A stretch of 64,000 nucleotides of DNA from Candidatus Levyibacteriota bacterium (GTDB taxonomy: Bacteria; Patescibacteriota; Microgenomatia; Levybacterales; GWA1-39-11). The notes under the pieces are model-generated. The model had not been told where the DNA came from. It saw only the letters and a program-made list of their open reading frames with translations, and did no database searches. Below, in pieces: positions 36,892-46,509 of the stretch (position 1 is the stretch's first letter; each line of letters begins with the position of its first letter). The DNA is taken from NCBI GenBank assembly GCA_050255815.1, contig JBLMVJ010000019.1:26-64025 (forward strand), in the 5' to 3' direction. A program made the translations under genes and the position numbers.

Positions 36892-39360
36892 CTACCGGAG
36901 TGTTGCACCCCCTACTATATCTGTTCCCCCTCTAATAACCACATCCTTTATTATAGTTGTCACTTTTGGATATGACCTATATGCATCAAGAGCTGACCCG
37001 TCACCATTAAAAATGGCTAGGCAAAAAGTTCTTGGATAAGAATCGTCCGTATTGTCAATTAATGAAAAATCAAATAACCCTGCATTATTATTTGCTAGTG
37101 TATTTTGGTGGTTGGTTATGTCTTCAGAATTATCACTTAACCATGTTTCAATATAGTCTTCTAAAATAGTTATATACCCGCTGTCGGAAGGGTCATTGCC
37201 TGATGATGAGATGAATGCATTATTTCCCCCGGATGAAGGATTAGGGTTATAAGCAATAGGTGTTCCATTGGCTATAGTGTCAACCGGACTATAAACTCCA
37301 TCGACACAATCTCCACTTACCGGCAACTCTGCATACTCTAACATCCAATCACCAGAATCAACCGCAAGTGTAGTACCTGAAGGACTATCCACATCTAAAA
37401 GCATTCTCAACCTGAAGGCTTTGCTTGGAGCATTTAACGTGGCAGGTGTATTTGCTGCAACATATGGATCAGAAGGATTGGGCCCATCAATATTTTCAAA
37501 AAACCGGTATCCTCCCTGGGACACAGATATTTGCGGGTTAAATGAAACAATCAGATTATCGCAGGTACCGCCTCCTGCATTATAAGTAACAGCGTCAGCT
37601 GTGGAAACCGGAGGATTATTGACAACTTCAGACCAGCTGCTATCAAATGTCCCACTGGATCCATTAAAACTTGAGGCTGAGTCGGTATAAGCCGAATGAG
37701 CTGTAACTGTCCGGGTTGAGGTTGCTGAAAATGCGGAGATAACCAGCACATCCGGATTGCTTGGTGTTAAGTTGGGGTTTGTGTTTTGATGAGCCCCGTT
37801 ATTACAAGTAGTAGATGCATTTAATCTGTTTCTTCTGTCTCTCACTGAACTGGTAGAATTACCGGAAAATTCCAAAGCCTGGACAGCAATAACCCCTGAT
37901 GAAGACGTAGAACAAGTAACGGTCGTTGACAATCCGGTGGGAGCAACTCTATAGTACATATAAATTCTTGGGCCTGAAGAATTATTGTAAGCAGAAGTCC
38001 ACCCGCTCTGGCTTGAAAATGAACTATTAGTAGTGCGGTAACAGATTTTGATAACTAAGTTATTTCTGGTAATTGGATTTGGCAATACGGCACTTACTGA
38101 CCTTCCGGAAGTAGTATTGTGCGCCTCCTGCACAAATTGGAAAATTGAGTCGGATGCAATTTTCCAAGCTTTTCCTTCACTGTAATTACCAATACGCAAT
38201 GGGCCTACTATATAAAATTCCGGGGATACCCTGGGAAAATGAATAGTATAGCGCAGAGTATATTTTTTTCCCTTTCGCCAGTCTACTTCCCATTGAACAG
38301 TTTTGTACTCATTCCCTTCAATCACTCTACCAAAGTTTCCTATATTAGAAATTGAAAAGCTTTCGGGCACGTAATCAGACACAATCCCTTTATAATCATT
38401 ACCCGGTATTATTACTGACTCTACCGGATAATCAACTGCAGGATAAATTCTTGTTGGAAAAAAACGCTCTATATTAAAGGCCGGATTCTCTTCTACGGTA
38501 AATGATGAATGAATACTCCTTTTCCCAAAAACGCTTTCTGCTTCCATGGTTAGTGTATATGTTCCTAATTCTTGTGCCTTAATCCCTGAATAAAAATCAG
38601 GCTTATTAGTGACTGAACGGTCTGCACATTCATTACTTCCCTTAATTGACCCATCCGTAGTCGACTGTTTTGTTATCTTCCCACTGGGACTCTCAATAGT
38701 CAGCCATATATGCGCTGTATTAAACTGGAGTTTTTCTCCGGCTATGCATTTTGTGTCCCCTAAGTCTCCCAAAACAACCATTCCAAGCTCAACTTGCTCT
38801 CCTTGCTTATAAACTGCCTTGTTTGTATTCACTGCTAGTACCCCCCAGGTAAAATCCTGGGATATAATTATGTCTTCATCATTAACTGACCTAACTTTTA
38901 CATGCAGGCTATACATACCGGGCTGGATACTATTCTGTGAAGGAGGTGAAAGCAAAAGAAGTTTGGACTGTAAATTCATTTTTTTATCTAAATCAATTTT
39001 TATATCCGCTTTAGTATTTTCAATATAAGCCTCAACGGATCCCTGCCTTTTTTCCTGGCTTAAGCTCCAAAAAGAAGAATATTTAGTACCTGAAAGGTTA
39101 ACCTCAAACTGGGGACGTGAAGTCAGTTTTATATCAAAGGCTTCAATTTTTCCTTGATCTGGATTTATTTTAATTACCTGTTTTGATTGGGGGATATAAG
39201 CTTTTGGTTTTGTTGTTTCCTTATGAAAGGAAAGGGTATAAAAAAAAACGAAAAAACAGGAAAAAATTATAGTAACTATTAAAATTGAAATCAGGTTTAC
39301 CTTATGCCTGCCTAAAAACTTTCCCACAAGCACATAATATTCCCTATGGTGGTGAGTCAA
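36892..39360 (-). CDS. Large membrane-anchored extracellular protein (822 aa), Ser/Thr/Asn-rich
   Basis: N-terminal TM anchor then long beta-rich low-complexity extracellular region. No catalytic motif recognised. Confidence 0.6.
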   Translation of the reverse strand: MTHHHREYYVLVGKFLGRHKVNLISILIVTIIFSCFFVFFYTLSFHKETTKPKAYIPQSKQVIKINPDQGKIEAFDIKLTSRPQFEVNLSGTKYSSFWSLSQEKRQGSVEAYIENTKADIKIDLDKKMNLQSKLLLLSPPSQNSIQPGMYSLHVKVRSVNDEDIIISQDFTWGVLAVNTNKAVYKQGEQVELGMVVLGDLGDTKCIAGEKLQFNTAHIWLTIESPSGKITKQSTTDGSIKGSNECADRSVTNKPDFYSGIKAQELGTYTLTMEAESVFGKRSIHSSFTVEENPAFNIERFFPTRIYPAVDYPVESVIIPGNDYKGIVSDYVPESFSISNIGNFGRVIEGNEYKTVQWEVDWRKGKKYTLRYTIHFPRVSPEFYIVGPLRIGNYSEGKAWKIASDSIFQFVQEAHNTTSGRSVSAVLPNPITRNNLVIKICYRTTNSSFSSQSGWTSAYNNSSGPRIYMYYRVAPTGLSTTVTCSTSSSGVIAVQALEFSGNSTSSVRDRRNRLNASTTCNNGAHQNTNPNLTPSNPDVLVISAFSATSTRTVTAHSAYTDSASSFNGSSGTFDSSWSEVVNNPPVSTADAVTYNAGGGTCDNLIVSFNPQISVSQGGYRFFENIDGPNPSDPYVAANTPATLNAPSKAFRLRMLLDVDSPSGTTLAVDSGDWMLEYAELPVSGDCVDGVYSPVDTIANGTPIAYNPNPSSGGNNAFISSSGNDPSDSGYITILEDYIETWLSDNSEDITNHQNTLANNNAGLFDFSLIDNTDDSYPRTFCLAIFNGDGSALDAYRSYPKVTTIIKDVVIRGGTDIVGGATLR

Positions 39361-39376
39361 TCTGTATAAAGTTGGC

Positions 39377-40666
39377 TCAATTTGACCGGATGAGGTGAGT
39401 AAGAACAGGGTTTATCTGATACGTTTTGTTTTGGACTACTATTAGTTTTTTTCCGAGTTTTGCATATACTTTTCTGTTAATTTTCACCATAGCGTCATAT
39501 ACCTGTCTCCAGTTTTTCCCCTGGTCATTATCCCCAAAAATATCTAATAGCTCATCAGTTTCAAAACGTCTTGCCGGTTTTTTAATAAGAGTTGTAAGTA
39601 AATAATACTGGTTGGTAGCATAAGGAATTTTTATTTCCGTCTCTGCCAGATTTAATATTCCCGTCTTGCCGGAAAAAGAAATATTGCTGGGCATAGTAAC
39701 TAATTTAGTATTTCTTTTTAGTTGAGATCCATATATCAAAAATGTAGCAACAACTAGCAAGCTAATTCCTAAAACGCTTTGCAATTTTATATATTCTAAA
39801 ACAAGGGAAAATATAGGGGAAAGATTTTCTCCAATTATTAAAATGCCTATAGGTGTATTATTTTTCTTAAGCACCTCTGTCTTTAATGCATACCATTCAC
39901 CGGTTGCTTTATCCCTCATGATCCTATCCTTGGCAGCACTAAATTCACGTTTCACATAACTGGGGTCAATAAAACTGGAAATCCTTCTCAGATTTGTTAC
40001 ATTAGTACTTTTTTTGAGGATAGCATTGTATTTATCAACTACAAGAAAGGCAACATCTGTGGGTAATTTCCGCTCATCTATCTTACTAACTTCTATAATT
40101 GAATTCTTCACCGTAATTTTTGAAAAAATTTTCTCCTTTGTCTCCCTTAATTTTGTGTCAATCTCATCAAGAATTTGCATAGGAGGATTTGTATAAGAAA
40201 CTGCAATCACCCCTATTGTCTTCCCATTATCCCTGATAGGCTCAGAATATATCCTTCTCTCTTGGTTTGTAATAGTATTGATTGTTTGTGGTTTTGTATA
40301 ATTTAGTAATAATTTAAAATCGGCGGTGTCAAGAAAGCCATGAATTGGACTTCTTCTGTCTATCACGAAACCTTCAGTAGAAATAAAGTACAGGGGAAAA
40401 CTTGCTAATAATGTAGGGTCTGAATTATAAAGAGAAAGATTCCATTTGCTATTATTAGTAAACACCGCATCTTTTTTTATCTGTGCTACCTTTACTGACA
40501 GCCGGTTTTTAATTACTCCGTATTCTATGCCGGCAATAATTACCATACTTAACAGTAGTTCTAAACAGAAAAGGAAAAGAGGGATTCTCAGGTATGCCAT
40601 GAATGCCTTTGAGGAAAAAGGTGATTCCATAATGCATGGCAGATTATAGTAGAAATAACTCAACAA
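39377..40666 (-). CDS. Membrane-anchored OmpR/PhoB-type winged-helix transcriptional regulator with extracytoplasmic sensor domain
   Basis: TM1 (~aa 25-50), ~250-aa extracytoplasmic domain, TM2, then C-terminal ILNLAETEIKI..YYLLTTLIKKPARRFETDELLDIFGD..WRQVYDAMVKINRKVYAKLGKKLIVVQNKTYQIN matching the Trans_reg_C pattern. No receiver or kinase domain. Confidence 0.6.
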   Translation of the reverse strand: MLSYFYYNLPCIMESPFSSKAFMAYLRIPLFLFCLELLLSMVIIAGIEYGVIKNRLSVKVAQIKKDAVFTNNSKWNLSLYNSDPTLLASFPLYFISTEGFVIDRRSPIHGFLDTADFKLLLNYTKPQTINTITNQERRIYSEPIRDNGKTIGVIAVSYTNPPMQILDEIDTKLRETKEKIFSKITVKNSIIEVSKIDERKLPTDVAFLVVDKYNAILKKSTNVTNLRRISSFIDPSYVKREFSAAKDRIMRDKATGEWYALKTEVLKKNNTPIGILIIGENLSPIFSLVLEYIKLQSVLGISLLVVATFLIYGSQLKRNTKLVTMPSNISFSGKTGILNLAETEIKIPYATNQYYLLTTLIKKPARRFETDELLDIFGDNDQGKNWRQVYDAMVKINRKVYAKLGKKLIVVQNKTYQINPVLTHLIRSN

Positions 40667-40803
40667 TGGAAGGCTGCACCTTATTTGGTACTTTTGATTC
40701 TGTTTCCAAAGTAATGGCCATAGGGGGATTATAGTACAAATTAAGCTTTGGGGAAATTATTGAGATATTACAGTTACTGCAGATAAAGCTGCCTTTAATG
40801 AAT

Positions 40804-42567
40804 TTAGGGCGAAAAGATTGCGCCCCACTCAACCGCGGTAAATCCTGATCTTTTAACTGGATTTTCTTTTCTGGGAAAAGGAACTTGAATAAGACTTTTC
40901 AAAGGTTTGAAATAAAGTTCTACCCGCAAAAGAACATCCGGTTTTGGCGTGATAGTTAACGGGTATATTTCAGAGATAGTTTGTTGGGTTAAATTTGACA
41001 CAAAGTAATAGGGAGATTCTGGCAGCTTTGTTTTCCAGAAGGAAATAAATTCATTTGCTTCTGACTCTGTTAGCCCCAGCTCTTTCACATAGTCTTTTGA
41101 AAAAGTAAACAAGCTCCTAAATGGTATTACGTAGCCACCATCCGGCTGAGGCACAGAAAGTAAAGCTTCATAATATAAATAATCTAAAGAATTATTAATT
41201 CTTCCATTTGGTGAAGCGGCTACTTCCCAACCATAGGCTTTTGAATTATAGAGGCTGTCTGTTTTTATCAAGCTCCCTTGCGGATGGATTTCAACCTGTA
41301 CCCGTTCTGTTTTTGGGGGATATAAATAAATAGCAGGTTTACCTCCATAAACTGTAGGCATAGTAGCATAGTAGCCAACTGCAGAATATTTTTGCCACGT
41401 GCCATTTTGCTTTATATAAACTTCATTTCGAGTTGTTTTTAACAAGTTAACGTTCCATTTGTCTTTTGACCAAAGGGCAGTAGGATTAGAAGCTTTCCCG
41501 TATACGTCAACTGCAAAAGGCTGGATGTCTGTATTATCTCCCCGGACGTAATAGGGCTGGGTCATTCCCGGACCATCTTCCTGAGTGTTAACACAATTCA
41601 TATGCCACATAGCAGTAGTATTTTTTTCAAATCCTCCCCATGAGTCCTTTGTTCCTATAATAGGTGTTACCGTCTTAGAAAAAGTTGAAGAATCAGAAAA
41701 AGCCTCTCCAGACTTCACATAATTCACCATAAATCCTCTATTTGTATCAGGGGAACTGGCTACTGGCTGCAACTTGGCGGCAACGTTTGGGGTGTACGGC
41801 CAATAACTTTCTACCGGATCCTTTCCGTCTGAATCGTGGTATGTAGAAAGAGTAAAATTATCCGGGAATGTTTTTAACGGAACCAGGGCAGGGGCTGTAC
41901 ACGTAGAAACCACCTCAAGGGGCCTCACACTATCCGCCATTTTTTGTGCAATCTCTTCTGCATTTGTAAGAAAGTATCCATGGGTTTGGAAGGCTTGAGT
42001 ATCTACCTTTACCTGGTATTTCAAGCCATATACCTTAAACTCCTTAACAATATCTCCAGGTTTAGTATACGTAGGATCAGTGTCTCCCACGCTTATCATT
42101 CCATCCATAAAGGGTTTATTTTTATCATAACTTTTATCTAATACATTAAAGTTTATGCAGTTCCAAAATCCTCCGCCTGAAGGACATTCTGAAGCAGTCC
42201 AGGTATCCGGATAATCAATCTCATATCCACCATATGAAAATTGGTACGTTTTCCAGGTGGTTATAGGGGGAAGCGGCATTTTATCAGGTAGAGGCACGGT
42301 AGGAGCTGGCATGCTGGGAATCATACTGGGAAAGATGCTGGGAAACGGTGGCAAAGACGGCATTGAGTTTTGGGTAAGTGTTTTTTTCTGGGGGACCTTA
42401 TCAAGTGAGAAAAGAAGATAAACGCAAAGTCCCAAAGCCAGGAAAAGAAAAACAAGTAAGACTATAGCAAATTTCTTTTTGGGTTTTTTAGGTGGGATAA
42501 CTGGAGCAGTAGGTTCTTGGATTTCAGGAACAACCGGAAGAGGAAGTTTAGTTTCTTCTTTGGGCAT
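40804..42567 (-). CDS. Membrane-anchored Pro-rich extracellular protein (587 aa)
   Basis: Pro-rich N-terminus, one TM, large extracellular domain. No family recognised. Confidence 0.55.
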   Translation of the reverse strand: MPKEETKLPLPVVPEIQEPTAPVIPPKKPKKKFAIVLLVFLFLALGLCVYLLFSLDKVPQKKTLTQNSMPSLPPFPSIFPSMIPSMPAPTVPLPDKMPLPPITTWKTYQFSYGGYEIDYPDTWTASECPSGGGFWNCINFNVLDKSYDKNKPFMDGMISVGDTDPTYTKPGDIVKEFKVYGLKYQVKVDTQAFQTHGYFLTNAEEIAQKMADSVRPLEVVSTCTAPALVPLKTFPDNFTLSTYHDSDGKDPVESYWPYTPNVAAKLQPVASSPDTNRGFMVNYVKSGEAFSDSSTFSKTVTPIIGTKDSWGGFEKNTTAMWHMNCVNTQEDGPGMTQPYYVRGDNTDIQPFAVDVYGKASNPTALWSKDKWNVNLLKTTRNEVYIKQNGTWQKYSAVGYYATMPTVYGGKPAIYLYPPKTERVQVEIHPQGSLIKTDSLYNSKAYGWEVAASPNGRINNSLDYLYYEALLSVPQPDGGYVIPFRSLFTFSKDYVKELGLTESEANEFISFWKTKLPESPYYFVSNLTQQTISEIYPLTITPKPDVLLRVELYFKPLKSLIQVPFPRKENPVKRSGFTAVEWGAIFSP

Positions 42568-42642
42568 ATAACCATTTAATATAGATCACTAAGTAAAGTC
42601 AATAAAAAAGAGAGATTGAATTGATGATGTATAATATGAGGT

Positions 42643-43107
42643 ATGAAGTATGCGGCAGGATTACTTCTAGCATTACCATTCCTTTTCTTTTCCTCTCCAG
42701 CATGTGCTGCTACCAGTACTGTTTCTGTCCACACAGAAGGGGATTCAAACGTTTCAGTTCATAGTGATGTAAAAAGCAGTAGCACCAATAAAACAGTGGT
42801 TACCCAAAATGGGAGCACCAGTGTTCACATAGAGCAGACGGGAAATGGTACCTCTAAAGTAGATGTAAATGGAAGACAGTGGGAGCTGAATGGCCCCGGG
42901 AAAATTGATGAGGAGACAGGAACTCCAAATCCCAGTTCTGACAATACACCTACCATCACTATTCCTGCTGTATCTATTACACCGTTCCCAAACCATACGG
43001 CAACTATCTCACCAATCCTAACCGTCCAGGAAAAACCTCGTACTAGCTTTATCCAACAAGCAATAGCAACCTTCCTCAAACGCCTCTTTACATTTCTGGG
43101 AATTTAA
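42643..43107 (+). CDS. Small secreted Ser/Thr-rich protein with signal peptide
   Basis: Signal peptide MKYAAGLLLALPFLFFSSPACA, then repetitive T/S/V-rich sequence. Confidence 0.5.
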   Translation: MKYAAGLLLALPFLFFSSPACAATSTVSVHTEGDSNVSVHSDVKSSSTNKTVVTQNGSTSVHIEQTGNGTSKVDVNGRQWELNGPGKIDEETGTPNPSSDNTPTITIPAVSITPFPNHTATISPILTVQEKPRTSFIQQAIATFLKRLFTFLGI

Positions 43108-43238
43108 TACTTCGACTCGCTTTGCTGGCTCTCTTCAATAGAGCTAGAATAGAGCTAGGACGTCCAGAGCCAGCTTCTTCTACTTTAAGTGGTCTCTGGG
43201 TAGTGGTAATCTCTTCTCTTCCGACAAGCTCAGAATCA

Positions 43239-45992
43239 TTATCCTAATTCCGGATAATGACACTTCTTCCACTTTTTACCGCTTCCACACCAGCATGGGT
43301 CATTACGACCCAGCTTTTCCTTTTTCACGCTGTCATCCATGGAATCATTCGAGCTTCCTGTATCCCCAGTGAGATACCCACCTGCTACCTGCGACGTGCT
43401 ACCTGCTTGCTCACTTACCTCTGTCTCCGGCGCATTGGTTGCAATATCTCTTCTTCCTTCCAGCTCCTCCAGCGGTTCTTGCTGTGGCATAGCTTGTATA
43501 TTTATTTTATACACTCTATGGGTTATCCCATCATCTATGGCTGCAAGCAAACGTTCAAACATACTGAACGCTTCACTTTTATACTCAACCAGTGGGTCGC
43601 GCTGACCATAACCTCTTAATCCTATACCGGTCCGCAAATCTTCCATAGCAGTCAGATGCTCCATCCAAAAATTATCTATTGAAGATAACGTTACCAGCTT
43701 TAAAATGTTTTCTATATTTTCTTTCCCAAATTGTTTTTGGCGCGCATTCTCAATCTGCTGAGTAATGCCATCCAAAAATTCCTCAACCTCTTCTATGGTC
43801 TTCATCTGCTTAATTTGGTTTACCAGGTGTGATTTAGAATGCTCGTCAAAATTTAGAACGGTAGTAAATTCATCAATTATATTCTCTGAGGGGTTGTCAG
43901 GGTCTGAAAAATGCATGGCAACAATTTCAGAAATCTCCGCCCGGACCTTTTCCAGGACAAATTCTGTTAAGTTCTCTGAACCGTCTACTATACTACGCCT
44001 TAATTTATAAACTATTTCCCTTTGTTTATTTAAAACATCATCATAGTCCAGTAAATTCTTCCGGCTTTCAAAGTTAAACCCTTCCACTTTTACCTGGGCT
44101 TGCGAGATGACACGGGTTACCAGGGGGTGAGTAAGCGGCATATCTTCAGGGAAATTAAAACGGGTCATAAGACCTGCTATCTGTTCCCCTCCAAATACCC
44201 GCATAAGGTCATCCTCAAGTGAAAGTATAAATACTGATCTTCCCGGATCTCCCTGGCGTCCGGACCGTCCACGCAACTGGTTGTCTATACGTCTGGATTC
44301 ATGCTTTTCCGTTCCTATCACCAGTAAACCACCGGCTGCCTTTACACTTTCGTGCTCTTTTTTCCATGCATCATACTCTTTCTTAAACCTGGCCTGACCC
44401 TCTTTCCCCTGGTATTCCAACTCAAAAGAAGACGGCGGCTGGCCACCTAAAATAATATCCACCCCGCGGCCTGCCATGTTAGTTGCTACCGTCACTGCTT
44501 TTAACCGGCCTGCATCTTTAATAATAAGCGCTTCCCGCATATGGTTCTTTGCATTTAACACCTGGTGGGGAATTTTCTTGCGCTTCAGATACTCTGAAAT
44601 AATTTCATTCTTATCTATAGAGGTGGTACCTACTAAAACGGGTTGGCCTTTTTCATACGCTTCTTCAATTTCTTTCACTACTGCCGCTACTTTTGCCCGG
44701 GTAGTTTTATAGATTAAATCAGGATGGTCTTTCCGTTCTGTTGGCCTATGGGTAGGGATCACTACTACGTCAAGCTTGTAAATTTTATGGAACTCTTCTG
44801 CTTCTGTAACCGCAGTTCCGGTCATACCACCTAACCTGGTATAAAGCCTGAAATAATTTTGCAGTGAAACAGTAGCCAACGTTTTAGATTCTTGCTGTAT
44901 CTGTACACCCTCTTTTGCCTCTATTGCCTGGTGTAACCCTTCTGATAATCTTCTCCCCTCCAAAAGGCGACCGGTAAACTCATCTACCAGAATTACTTGT
45001 CCATCCCTGACAATATAGTCCTTATTGTTGTGGAATAAAGTCTGCGCCTTCAGTGCTGCCTCTATGTGATACACCGTATCAAAATCTTTTTCATAAATAT
45101 CCTTTACCCCGTATAATTTTTCAATTTTAGAAATACCATGCTCCGTTAAGTGGACTGTCCGCAATTTCTCATCAATTTTATAGTCTGTATCGGCAGATAT
45201 CTTGTCTACAATCTTTGCGTAATCATAATATTTCTGGGAGGGGGTCTCATCCGGCATGGAGATAATATGGGGAGTCCTGGCCTCATCTATAAGGACTGAG
45301 TCTACCTCATCTATCACTGCAAAATAATGTTCTTTCTGGACAGTCTGGGCAATATCCTGGACCATATTATCCCGTAGATAATCAAATCCAAATTCTGAGT
45401 TAATACCATATAGGATATCTTTCTCATATGCTTCTTTCCGGGAAATAGATTTTAAATGGATAAGACGGTAATCTTTTGCTTCTGTGTCTACATATTCAGG
45501 ATCATAGGCAAATGATTGTTCTGAAATAATAGTGGCAACGGTCATTCCCAGGAAACTAAATACGGCACCCATCCATCCGGCGTCCCTGCGAGCCAAATAA
45601 TCATTTACGGTTACTAAATGCACCCCTTTTCCGGTTAATGCATGCAGATACAGAGCGGGAACGGCAGAAAGAGTTTTTCCTTCCCCTGTCTTCTGCTCAG
45701 CAACTTTTCCCTGTGCCAGCACCGTAGCAGCAATTAGTTGGACATCATAGTGACGCTGGCCTATGGTACGCATAGCAGCCTCCCGTACCAGGGCAAATGC
45801 TTCCGGTAAAATAGAATAGAGGGCTTCCCCTTTTTCCAGCCGTTTTTTTAACTCCTCCGTCTTTTTTGGAAAATCTGAATCTTTTAGCTTTTTAAGCTTT
45901 GATTCAAACTTATTTATTTCCTCAACAATAGGACGGATTTTTTTAACCTCACGGTCATTTGAATCAAATATTTTTGTAAGTGTCCCTAACAT
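43239..45992 (-). CDS. secA: Preprotein translocase ATPase SecA
   Basis: 917 aa. DEAD-like motor motifs, preprotein cross-linking domain, C-terminal zinc finger CWCGSGKKWKKCH. No SD upstream of the ATG. Confidence 0.95.
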   Translation of the reverse strand: MLGTLTKIFDSNDREVKKIRPIVEEINKFESKLKKLKDSDFPKKTEELKKRLEKGEALYSILPEAFALVREAAMRTIGQRHYDVQLIAATVLAQGKVAEQKTGEGKTLSAVPALYLHALTGKGVHLVTVNDYLARRDAGWMGAVFSFLGMTVATIISEQSFAYDPEYVDTEAKDYRLIHLKSISRKEAYEKDILYGINSEFGFDYLRDNMVQDIAQTVQKEHYFAVIDEVDSVLIDEARTPHIISMPDETPSQKYYDYAKIVDKISADTDYKIDEKLRTVHLTEHGISKIEKLYGVKDIYEKDFDTVYHIEAALKAQTLFHNNKDYIVRDGQVILVDEFTGRLLEGRRLSEGLHQAIEAKEGVQIQQESKTLATVSLQNYFRLYTRLGGMTGTAVTEAEEFHKIYKLDVVVIPTHRPTERKDHPDLIYKTTRAKVAAVVKEIEEAYEKGQPVLVGTTSIDKNEIISEYLKRKKIPHQVLNAKNHMREALIIKDAGRLKAVTVATNMAGRGVDIILGGQPPSSFELEYQGKEGQARFKKEYDAWKKEHESVKAAGGLLVIGTEKHESRRIDNQLRGRSGRQGDPGRSVFILSLEDDLMRVFGGEQIAGLMTRFNFPEDMPLTHPLVTRVISQAQVKVEGFNFESRKNLLDYDDVLNKQREIVYKLRRSIVDGSENLTEFVLEKVRAEISEIVAMHFSDPDNPSENIIDEFTTVLNFDEHSKSHLVNQIKQMKTIEEVEEFLDGITQQIENARQKQFGKENIENILKLVTLSSIDNFWMEHLTAMEDLRTGIGLRGYGQRDPLVEYKSEAFSMFERLLAAIDDGITHRVYKINIQAMPQQEPLEELEGRRDIATNAPETEVSEQAGSTSQVAGGYLTGDTGSSNDSMDDSVKKEKLGRNDPCWCGSGKKWKKCHYPELG

Positions 45993-46115
45993 AAATAATT
46001 AGAATTTAAATTGAATAAAGAAAATTGAGGGTAAGATAAGGAGTAGGAAATTTCAGATTTAAATTCTACCTATATTTTACCATATTAAGGTGGAATTTGT
46101 GGTCTAAATATGGTC

Positions 46116-46139
46116 CAGCCCCGACTGAGCGGGGCTGGG
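46116..46139. promoter_or_regulatory. Strong GC hairpin (CCAGCCCCG-actgag-CGGGGCTGG) in secA upstream region
   Basis: 9-bp all-GC/AT-perfect stem in a 40% GC genome. Lies ~125 nt upstream of the secA ATG. No adjacent U-run. Confidence 0.4.
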
Positions 46140-46145
46140 GAATAC

Positions 46146-46261
46146 CATTTGATCAATTGGTAATCGCTTTTAATGCGAATCCAATCAGAAAAACTTCAAA
46201 GCTTAGCTTTAGAGCTTAGGATCCGCTGGGATCCGCAACTTTTAAAGCTTAGCTTTAAAAG
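46146..46261. promoter_or_regulatory. Cluster of dyad-symmetric operator-like elements
   Basis: 14/16 palindrome CCAtTTGATCAAtTGG at 46146-46161. Two copies of AAAGCTTAGCTTT at 46199-46211 and 46245-46257. GGATCCGC x2 at 46220-46237. The second palindrome extends to 10-bp arms (46241-46261). Confidence 0.4.
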
Positions 46262-46262
46262 T

Positions 46263-46295
46263 TATTTCTTCTTCTTCTTTTTCTTTGCAGCCATG
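46263..46295 (-). CDS. Candidate leader mini-ORF MAAKKKKKKK with perfect 12-nt SD
   Basis: AAGGAGGTGATC (exact complement of the 16S 3' tail) 5 nt upstream of ATG GCT GCA (AAG/AAA)x7 TAA. Directly followed by the palindrome cluster. Speculative. Confidence 0.3.
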
Positions 46296-46509
46296 GACAG
46301 ATCACCTCCTTGGTTTTTGAACTTTAAAATGAATTTAAAATTCAAGTTTATAGGATACATTAATCGTGATAAAAATTGCATGATTTGTCAAGAAAAAAAC
46401 CCTGCTTCAAAAATGAAGTTTTGGATTGAAGAATAGGGAAAAATTATACCGTGAAAACTGCGCTTTTTTAAGCATTTTCAACATAATTTTTGGAAAAAAT
46501 GGCTTACTA

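Noticed and set aside
46173-46436. 87-aa plus-strand ORF with poly-Phe run
   Set aside because: It is antisense to the poly-Lys mini-ORF/SD region and composed of palindrome-derived sequence. The FFFFFFFF run is a mirror of the AAG/AAA codons.
46000-46509. RNase P RNA or tmRNA in the 510-nt intergenic region
   Set aside because: No P4 consensus (AGGAAAGUCCGGGCUC / ACAGAACCCGGCUUA). No tag-peptide ORF and no tRNA-like 3' end.
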